A stretch of 63,855 nt of DNA, counting the filler, from Choristocarpus tenellus KU-1152 (taxonomy: Eukaryota; Protista; Phaeophyceae): the NCBI GenBank assembly GCA_964200185.2. It is 11 parts of 11 records of this genome, joined end to end, with 100 filler letters (N's around TTAATTAATTAA, not from the genome) between each part and the next. Parts side by side here need not be neighbours in the genome. Positions count along the whole stretch, not along the records: positions 52,124 to 54,833 come from CAXNAD020025421.1; positions 54,934 to 60,107 come from CAXNAD020011618.1; positions 60,208 to 63,855 come from CAXNAD020018744.1; 8 more parts are not named here. One strand, written 5' to 3'. Made by a program: the position numbers and the translations under genes. This document shows positions 54,655 through 63,855 of the stretch, one piece after another; positions within the stretch are counted from its first letter, which is position 1, and each line of letters opens with the position of its first letter. The notes under the pieces are model-generated. The model was given only the letters and a program-made list of their open reading frames with translations. It did not search any database and was not told the origin of the DNA.

Positions 54655-54833
54655 GGGTCAAAGTATCTGGGGGGCGTAGGTGGTTTGTGAGGGGGCATCC
54701 GTTTTGGTCAAACAAGGGTGAAAGTATCTGGGGGGGGGGGGGGTTGTGAGGGGGCGTCCTTTTCGGTCAAACTCTTTTTTTTGCTGACATTTCAAATCCG
54801 ACACACGCGACCAAATAACACCAAAAAGAGAAA
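54655..54833 (+). mobile_element. MITE family C with duplicated left end (other C ends at ~13235, 15051-15097, ~33200-33229)
   Basis: gggtcaaagtatctggggg at 54655 and gggtgaaagtatctggggg at 54716; the downstream atccgacacacgcgaccaaat parallels family B. Confidence 0.75.
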
Positions 54834-54952
54834 NNNNNNNNNNNNNNNNNNNNNNNNNNNNNNNNNNNNNNNNNNNNTTAATTAATTAANNNNNNNNNNN
54901 NNNNNNNNNNNNNNNNNNNNNNNNNNNNNNNNNCCCAAAAACGGTTTTATGA

Positions 54953-55127
54953 GACCCAAATTATCTAGGGGGGGGGGGGAGGTCTACACCAGGGTGTCCA
55001 TTTGGTCCAAAATAAGGAAAAGTGCATTTACATTTTCAATCGGATGTATGCAACCAAATCTCACAAAAATCAGAAGAAATTGACCCCATATGGACAGCTG
55101 TCACCCACCCCCCAGGTACTTTGAGCC
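54953..55127 (+). mobile_element. MITE family B
   Basis: gacccaaattatctagggg...ggtactttgagcc; flanks tgag/tgag if the first G is counted as flank. Confidence 0.85.
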
Positions 55128-55243
55128 TGAGCCTGCTAACTGTGTCTCAACAAAAAAGTACTATGAAGTAATCTTGGAAGTATACGGATCATGGACCTTC
55201 AGTACAGACACCCAAACGATAATACCTCATGCCTTCCACATTG

Positions 55244-55418
55244 GGCTCAAAGTATCTGAGGGGGGGAGGGTCTACATCAGGGTATCCATTCGGGCCCTGA
55301 CCAAGAGAAGTGCACATACATTATCCATCCAACGCATGCAACCAAATCACCCAAAAATCGCGACATGGAAAAATGGGCACCGTGGACAGCCCCCACCCAC
55401 CCCCCTATACTTTGAGTC
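55244..55418 (+). mobile_element. MITE family B
   Basis: ggctcaaagtatctg...atactttgagtc; flanks ttgg/ttgg if the first G is counted as flank. Confidence 0.88.
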
Positions 55419-55798
55419 TTGGGATAAAGGGATAATGATTAGATAGTAGCAAAAAATTGTTGGGGCTCCAGAACTAATTGTGACAAATTGAGAGCAAAAC
55501 CTAGTGTACACAAAAGGCGACGAGGGGAGGGTACTCACGCAGGAAACAACAAGGCACCAGAGGGCGAGCAAAGCTCCGTGTACTAGGCTCGTCCTCTACA
55601 TCACCAATACTCCTTCTCATCCATTCCACTTTACAGTAGTCAGAAGTGCAACAAAATCACTTGCATTACCCCTAACTGATGATCATTCTACTTCCCACTA
55701 TACACAACCGAGGCAATAGGATGGGGTGTATCTCGCAAACCACAGATGGGCTACAGTTGCAGCTTTATCAGACTGCTCCCAACTGACAATACCCTCAC

Positions 55799-56374
55799 CT
55801 TGTCAAAAATCTTTGTCACTGCCTTTACACGTAGATCTTCCCCATAGAGCATTACTGTTGGAGGAGTTTCACCCGCATCCTTGTCTCGGATGAACCCACC
55901 CTCACCATCCCGCCAAAGTGGGAGCTCAGGCACATCCAACTCTACGGGTAATTTGTCCGATGGCGGTCGCGCGATTCCCAAATACTTGCCAACCTTTCGC
56001 AGTGGAGATGAATCAGGAATCACAGAAAGCGTTGGGTTGAAGTGCGGCGCTGCAGCTAAGCCCCAAATGCAGCCAGTCCCCACAGGGTCAACTTCATCTG
56101 GCTTGCATTCAGTACCCCGAAGTAACACAGGTTTCTTACCAAAGACAGGAGCAGTGGAGAGCTCGTCAACCGAGACACTGGTCCAATTCATATACCCTTT
56201 TGGACCATAAGACAAGCCACCAAAAGCTTCTAATCTAGTGCCTAAGGTCCCATGGCAATTTTTCAGGGTTCCGATTTCAACCCTTTCTTTATTGGTGATG
56301 CTTTGGTCCAAAATTCGAAATGAAAAGAAAGCTGTGACAACTGCAAGTCCCATGATTGCCCATCCCTTGACCAT
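55799..56374 (-). CDS. First exon of a hypothetical type-II membrane or secreted protein
   Basis: ATG, N-terminal hydrophobic helix (WAIMGLAVVTAFFSF), 192 open codons ending at a GTGAGG donor. Confidence 0.65.
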
Positions 56375-57499
56375 AGTTGCCCAGGGTTAAAGGCGCGCTA
56401 CACCTATATGAACGTGGAAAGTGAGGTTTGGAGGAGAAAGGATGAACAAGAGAATCCACCCTGATGGAGACCAAATCTCTTAATATTCATCACATGAAAA
56501 TGTTACCATAACAAATACGTAGTATTGGGTAATAATATTCAATGGTATTATGGCTCTTATAATCCCTTTCGAGATGTGTAATGTTATTCTTTGATCAAAT
56601 TTATATCATATTGTATTCTAGCATCATACAACAGAGATTGCCTTCTACGAACAACAAGAAATGACTTTGTCCCTCGCACATCTAAAAAATGCGAGAGGGG
56701 ATAATATTACAATAGAAAGAAATATTTATTAAGCGAAAACAAAATATCTTTTTCTTGTATGTATTATCATAGATATGATATTATGATTTGTGACATTTTT
56801 TTGCAATAGGGCATATTCTGAAATGTGAATAGTTCTCATTGGTTACGTTTGACAGGTGTTCAAAATGTTAGAGGACATAATAATAAAATATTATCCGATC
56901 TAATGTCTTAAATATTACTAGTATTGTATTGAAATTAACGGGTCGTAACTGTAGTCCACAGAAAAAGGGCGAAGTTCTAATGGGAGATTTGTAATATAAA
57001 ACAGGAATATACATAGAATATATTGAAATTATTCCCCTATCCAACTAAGAAGGTTACAAATATTTTATTGGAAAAGTTTTTGATTGAACACAATAGGGTG
57101 TATGCGCAAAATGTAATTCACTATCTAAGAAGTCTTACATGCCATTATATGTCAACATGGAAGTTCAAATACTACATGATGGAGTGATACATAAAACTTT
57201 TTCAATAAAGTATTTCATTTTGAGCAAACATTCAAATACAATATAGGGGAAATTTATATATGTTTTCCTAATATGTCTTCATATTTTTTCGAGAATATCC
57301 CTCAACGTCAACAGACATAATAGTATGTCAAAATATTGCCTCATACTCTTGAAAATACTAGCACAAAAAGAACCATATATCCCAAAATTGCCCGAACTTC
57401 GTACTAATTCGAAAGATGTATGGGACATAAAAAATTTCGGGTAAGAATAGGGAAAATTGGATAGGGAATGGAGACCTTCGGGTAAGAGTACATTTCACT

Positions 57500-59900
57500 G
57501 ACTCCAGGAAGAGTTTGTCACGATCTACAGAATGGTGATGGATGGTTTCATATAGAGTGGGTCTCCCAACTCCATTATACTCTTAATTAGAGTAGTCGAG
57601 ATGGAAGCTCGTGGGGGGAGAGAGGAGAGTCCAGGGGTGCCCACAATGGGACAGAAGGTATCACTGAGACCTGACAGCCAGGCTCTTCCACCAGGGACCC
57701 TAACCCCCGCCCCCTTCAGCAACCACGTCCCCCAATGCCGGGGTCTAACCCTATCTGCATTTCCCAAATCGAAACACGGTCAAAACTCGTTCACCTGCTT
57801 ATCCCGCCCATTACTTCCATGCCCGCACCCAATTCCTCATCCCGTGTCCCACCTAACACGTCCCGGCCTCCATCGAACCTTTCTACGCTGTCTTGGAAAG
57901 TGTTGAGGTTGTCTTACATACAATCCATCGCCATCCACTCATTCTCTGCCCCTTTCGCCTTACCTACCGCCTTTCCCCTATTCTCCATCTTGCATCCTCA
58001 CCCCCCCCCTCCATTTCCTCCTTGCCCAGAATGTTTTGAGTCTCTCCCCCCTGACCATCAGGTTAACCTTCCTTGGGATTATTCGCTACACCCCACCCTC
58101 GTAGTTAGCCTCTGTGAAGATGCCAACCACCTCTTTCAATTTTTTTTGCCCTCACTGCCATACACAACTCACCCATCCCCACCCTCTTCAATCATACCTA
58201 CTCTGCCTTCACCCCTAAAGACTCCAGTCCCTCCCTAGGGAGCTTACTGATCTCCAAAATGTCACCACCTCGACTCAAATTCCGATCTTCTCTCCACACA
58301 ACATCCCACGCCACGACTTATACCCCACCCACCTCACCCTCTATAGACCAAGGTACCCCCTCCCCCCATCTTCCAAACCATCCTCAGCACCCTTAAATTT
58401 GACCTGGAGTCAGACCTGACCCCATTATTTGACTCTCCAGTTCTTGAACCCTGGACACCATATCATCCCCCCTCCTCCCATGCCACATACATCACCTCCA
58501 ACTGGAGTAAACATAATAGTGGAGCCTCCACATTATCCTGGCTCTATCTCCCCCTCTTTGGATGCCGTCAGTTTCCCACAAAACATCTCCCTTTCTTTCC
58601 CAAGTCCGCAGCAAGGATAAAGAGGCCATAAGCTTCTGCTTTGCCAAGCCCTCTCAGGAATGTGAAAGGATAATGCTAGGTTCGACCAGGTTTGATCCTG
58701 CTATGGGGGCAGCATACATACCCTCCAACGACCAAGACTACCTCCTGGACACATACTCGATGGGAAACGAGTCAAAGTTTCTTAGAGGGTAGAGCCGTGT
58801 CCCGTTTGGGGGCCAAAGTCGAATGGTGCAATTTTGATGTAATTTTGGCTATTGTATTTGTTAGGAAGTATCAATATCCTTGTTCCGAACACACCTTTTC
58901 ATCATGTATACATTTTACCTACTCCAAAACATTTGGAGTAGGAAAATATCATGAAAAAAAACATGGTAAGCCAAGCCCCAAATGGACAAACAGGGCAAAC
59001 CTCGTACCCTCTAAGATACTTTCACTCAAACGCTGAAATTAGCGAGTGGGCAGTGCATAGCACAATGCCTCCATTGCTGGAAACTCTCTCCCACCTTTAC
59101 TCCCCTCTCTCCCTCCCAACTCTCCCCACTGTAGCACAGCAGGAAGACAATCATCTTCTGTTCCTCCTCCCACTTCCCTCTCCCCCAGAGAATCCAGACC
59201 AACTATCCCCACATTCATGCCTACCATGGGGGGTTCATGCCTCAAGTGCTACTTCTAAACCTTGACCGAGTACAGATGGAGATCCTGGAGCGGGTAAATA
59301 TCGTCACAGTCAAGGTCCCTGGTAGGCTTTGCACCCCCCATCTGATTGCCCTCATGCATACAGTGGACCTCCTGATACCTAAAGCGACCGCCCTATGGTT
59401 AGAGGGGAAGACCAACTCAGTAGAGGTTATTAGGACATCCAATCTCCTCCATCTTGTTTCTAGCCTTGCACCCCCCATCATGTATGAGCTAAAGGCGGTC
59501 TGTAGTGGAACCTATGGACAAAGTAGCAACGGACACAATGTCTGGGGGAATGGTACTGCCCCCCTAGTGGGAAGTATTCCCCAAACTCCCTCCAAGTAGT
59601 TTTCAAGCAAATGAACGGTAACTCTACACCAGGTCCTCATGGGATGCACCACGACCATATCCAATAAGTCATTACGATAGTTGTTGGGACATGAGGAGGT
59701 GACACAGGGGATGCCCAAGCTAGAGCTTGCCTATAATTCCCCCCGAACTCTGTACCTCCGGAGTTTTGGAAGCTCCACACCGCTTCCAGACTGACAGCAG
59801 TTTGGGAAAAGAGTTGCCCGTTGCTTGTCACTCTTTCTTCAGGAGGGCATGTACTTCCGCCTTCTGTGAGGACTGACGCCCCTACCTTTAGAAATATTTT
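57500..59900 (+). mobile_element. Possible decayed non-LTR retroelement body, with a MITE inserted
   Basis: C-rich broken ORFs with PPCPECF and an RNase-H-like IVTVKVPG stretch; no diagnostic RT motif. Confidence 0.3.
58769..59027 (+). mobile_element. MITE family A, TSD AAAC
   Basis: aaac|gagtcaaagtttct...gatactttcactc|aaac. Confidence 0.93.
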
Positions 59901-60207
59901 GGAGATATGGAGCAGTTTGGAGTAGGGGTCTCAAATGGGGTTGGGCGTTCTCTACTGGACAATGGCTTAAGAAATGAGTGTGGTGAACGGGTGTTGAAAC
60001 ATAGGCTGCTCATTTGTTTTTTTCTTGATACGATACAGTACCACCAGTCCACACGGACTGTTAATGTTACAGGCGAATAGCGCGAGCTTTTCTTCTTGTA
60101 TTTCAACNNNNNNNNNNNNNNNNNNNNNNNNNNNNNNNNNNNNNNNNNNNNTTAATTAATTAANNNNNNNNNNNNNNNNNNNNNNNNNNNNNNNNNNNNN
60201 NNNNNNN

Positions 60208-63200
60208 GCCAAAGCCGACGGCAAACCTCTCGGCTTCGTGTTCATGTCCGTAGACGCCGCGAACCAGACAGCACACGCCCTCCCAGCACTTTACCCACCT
60301 ACCCACGGCGGTGACAGGTAACCACACGCACGCATAGTCCATCCAACAACAACTTTGCAGCTGCACGTGGGACAGAATAGACGACCCTGTTTTATTCTAC
60401 GAATGAGTGCAAAGTCCCAAGAAATAATCGCCAAAACAGACGCACATAATTCCACTACCTATTCCGTTCATCATGATGACGACGCACCGTAGAACCTTTC
60501 TTTACACGTTTCTTTGGTTCATGTCCTTCTTATCAGGGGCTACTCCGAGCACCAGAAGATCATGGCCGCACACGTCAAAGGCCAGTTCACGGAGGTGTTC
60601 TTCACTCCTATCAACCTTGGAGGAGATATGTATTGCGGGTCGTGGCAAACAATCACATGACTGAATAGATGCTGGTTGCGCACGCACCACTTGATTTACC
60701 GTCGTGGCGAGTGGACCTGCCATAGGTTAGATCCGTAAGGACGAGTACATCCTTACACGATGTGCCTACAGATACCGCAGGCCTAGTGAACAGTCAATTA
60801 ACTGATGCTGCGCTGTGCTCCCCTGCCCTCCTACGCCTCAGCTTAGGGTTAGGGCGAGAGGAGCGTAAGAGCTAATCAACGAGGAGGAAAACCCACAGAC
60901 ATGTATATCAGCCATTCGGGTGTATGTGCTCTACATTGCATAAACAAATTCCATTACCCCTCTTTTTAGCTCCAAATAAACAATGCGTAAGTAAGCAGAG
61001 TACTATTTGCCAACTAACGACGGACATCATCGTTCGCGCAGGTTGTAACCTTGTTGGCACAGCCACCCACCTTGCCCTCACAAGGCTTATCGACAAGTAC
61101 CACAACAGCCTCGATCACGCGGGGAGTTGCATCATCCAGCACGCGCATTGGCAGGTAAGAAAGTTTCATCTTGACACGACCTACTCAACACATACTCGCT
61201 GAATACCGGTCACCAAGTAACTAACTGCACGGTCTTTAGTTTTGGTTTGTGTGTTGCAACCTGCATGTATGATGGCGGTGATGTAGGGGTTGCGCTTTAG
61301 CAGTACTGAAACATACCCTGTTCCTCCACGAAACGCGGCGAAATGGGCTGACATATCGGCCTCACGCCCATCCCTCCCTCGCTCCCAACTCCCCAGACTG
61401 GCCAGGTCGAAAACTGCGTCTCAGAGAACAAAAACAATTTTTTTCTCAGATATGCGGGGCTGTTGGTCGTGGCGAGTGTCATTCGTGTGGTCGAGATACA
61501 TTTTATGATGGTGGGGCACACGCACATCAAAATCGATCAGATCTTCTCCAGGTAATTAGGCAAGATATGCAAGTGCGATAGCCACATAGTTTTTTTACAC
61601 GGACAGATACTGCCTTGAGGCTTGCAGCTCACGCTTGTTGCATCCATGGAAGGTTAATGGTCGTACACTGTAATTGATTTATTGGCTTTTGATGAACCCA
61701 CAACAAAATTGAACGATAAGAGCAGCTGCCAAATTTGTTTCGTAACATACTCTCGAAACAAAACAATAAAAAAATGTACGCATCACCCCTTTTTATATCT
61801 ATACTTCCATATACATGCGTCAGAGCATGTGCTTACATATATATCTTGCTTCTCCACTTCGCTTCTTTCGCTCCCGCCTCAAAATTAACTTGCTTTCATT
61901 TCACCTTCAGGTTCTCGCATGGTATAAAAGGGAAGAACATATTGACAAGAACACAGCACGGTGAAGAGCTGCAGGCCTCTTACATGGAGGTTCCAGTATA
62001 CTACAAGACACTACGGAACGAGGGAAACTTCAAGGGACTCCTTCGCGATCGCGTCAACCGTGTCCCCAATATCACGAGCTACAGGGCTTTTCGTGTTGAA
62101 AAAGGCGGTGACGGGCAGGTGAAGGTTAGCGTAAAGCGATACATGCACAGCACCGAATGGAGTGGGATAGGCGGAGACCTTGCTATCGACCCCAACGCCC
62201 CTCCGCACGACCTCTTCACCGGCCACCCGCCTCGTATCCAAGATGCACCACCCACCAGCTCAAGAGCGTTCCCGAAGACGTCATCCTGACGGTTGAGCAG
62301 CGGTACCAGGCATCGCACGAGCGCCTCGCTGCTGCGTAGACACTGGGTAAGTCGATTTTTTCGTGAGGGGAGTTGATAGCTAATTTTGGTATTAGGTGGC
62401 AGCCAAAAAAATCTGGTGCAACTTCTGTACGAGGCAGCCTTTACAGCCTTTAGAAAAACAATCTTGAAAAAATTGCATTCTCATACATAGTGATCGTCGC
62501 ATGTTACAATAAAAAGTACCATAGATTACCCCCGATAAATGTTTTGAGGGTACCGGTCTTGTACTCAACAGACACGATTCCGACGAAATATACACCCTCC
62601 CTCTCACCGCATGCTCCCCGAGCGCATTCGTGAAACCTCACGCCTGGTAACAAAGTAACATTCATGCTTCCATACCATTGATGTTCTCGTGCTCATGGAT
62701 TCCACCTTTGCACACGATGAAGCCCTTCAGAGAGCGAAGCACGAACAAAGCGAGTCTGTGCGGCTTCTCAAAAAGACAGGGGAACGAGATTTCGACATCC
62801 CAGTCCATTGGCTTGAGTGAAAGTATCTTAGAGGGTCGAGTTTTTCCCTGTTTGTCCATTTGGGGCTTGGCTTCCCACGGGTTTTTAATGACATTTTACC
62901 TACTGCAAAATATTTTGAAGTAGGTAAAATGTGTATGTTATGAAAAGTGTGTCCAGAACAAGGATATTGACATTTCCTAACAAACATGATCGCCAAAATT
63001 ACATCAAAATTGCAACATTGGATTTTGGCCCCTAAATGGACGCGACTGTACCCTCCAATATACTTTGACTCCTTCCCACCGATGACGATGGCGCTGGAAC
63101 TCGTACTAGCGACGTCAAAGACACCGACCAGGGCGAACGTTTGGGTGGAGGAGATAATCTCGTCAGCGGTGACAATGATCTCGACGGGCTCGAGGAAACA

Positions 63201-63722
63201 CACTCTTCCTCATCGGGCAGTGACAAGGAAGAACCTGACTCCCGTCGACGGGGTTGGCCTCGTGCTACGTTGGCATCGGGGAACCATGGAAACCTCGTCT
63301 CAGTGCAGGAAGGCAGGTTTGCCTTTTTTGTGGCAACGGAGGCGCCGTTCTTGATCGGCAAGATCCTAGCGGAGCGCGTCGGCGAGGACGGGGAGTGTGG
63401 GGTGGATCTTCACTGGCTTCGGTCGACCAGTGACCACACACGTGACAACGCTGCATTTATGACCCTTGAGAAGTATGGGAAAAGTAGTTTTGTAGAAGGC
63501 TACATTCACGCTGGTGATAGATCCAGGCAAACTGGGAAACAGGAGCGGGTTAAAGACGTAAGCTGGGAACCCGTGGCGGGTATTGTTTCGACTTGCGAGA
63601 AACTTGTTGGGAACGGAAAAAAGATTCCTACCAAGGTCTTGACAGTTCTACGGTCTGCTATAGAGGTGAGGGAAAGGGGGGGTTTTGTGAGAGAAGGACG
63701 GAAGACTAAATTCAAGGGATGA
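60208..63722 (+). mobile_element. Intron-containing Sola-like (DUF7869-type) DDD transposase, inactivated; exons 60208-60317, 60537-60625, 61042-61154, 61406-61551, 61911-62346, ~62731-63722
   Basis: Spliced product FMSVDAANQTAHALP...HVKGQFTEVFF...GCNLV...HWQ|VENCVSENKNNFFL...HFMMVGHTHIKIDQIFSR|FS...NITSYRAFRVEK matches the D..DNC..ENKN..VGHTH..IDQ.FS signature. Lesions: AT donor at 60626, D>E, frameshift ~62253, TAG at 62337, MITE insertion. Confidence 0.82.
62815..63071 (-). mobile_element. MITE family A inside the Sola-like transposase
   Basis: gagtgaaagtatct...tactttgactc flanked by ctt/ctt; removing it restores ...IPVHWLPTDDDG in frame with ORF 63141-63722. Confidence 0.93.
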
Positions 63723-63855
63723 GGAGAGGAGAGGGGGGGGGAGAATGGGGTCGAAAGGGAAGACAACACCAGTGACGACAAGGAGGAGGACAAGGAGCAG
63801 CAGAAGGAGGACAAGGACGATGAGGACGATGAAGATAAGGAAAACATCGGTACGG

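Noticed and set aside
58692-59036. Recurrent small ORF family (KIQCCNFDVILAI..., KPSPKWTNREKLVPSKILSL)
   Set aside because: These are chance translations of MITE A copies; frames and stops are not conserved.

Overview
Eukaryotic, intron-rich and transposon-rich genomic DNA. It is most consistent with a brown alga or a close ochrophyte relative: it has an Ectocarpus-type ROCO C-terminus, a bipartite plastid-targeting presequence on KEA3, and TTAGGG tracts. The window is 11 contigs joined by artificial 100-bp N/TTAATTAATTAA/N linkers, so neighbourhood across gaps is not reliable. Host genes, mostly partial: KEA3-type K+/H+ antiporter, SPFH/band-7-like C-terminus, IQ-motif protein, ROCO terminal exon, UBC/RWD-like protein, COQ8/ABC1 kinase and several hypothetical exons. 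Mobile DNA includes mariner-type transposase relics and Copia, Gypsy and LINE debris. The most notable element is an intron-split, inactivated Sola-like DDD transposase (60208-63722). It co-occurs with about 20 copies of four mutually homologous MITE families that share an AAAGTATCT terminal core, a GTCCATTTGGGG subterminal motif and 4-bp target-site duplications. Other unexplained structures are a 42/84-bp higher-order tandem array beside an HNH/Cys-His relic, a perfect 39-bp foldback, a dispersed AT-rich hairpin repeat, scattered telomere-like tracts, and an in-frame TGA inside the IQ gene. All calls are from manual reading and motif recall; no searches were run.
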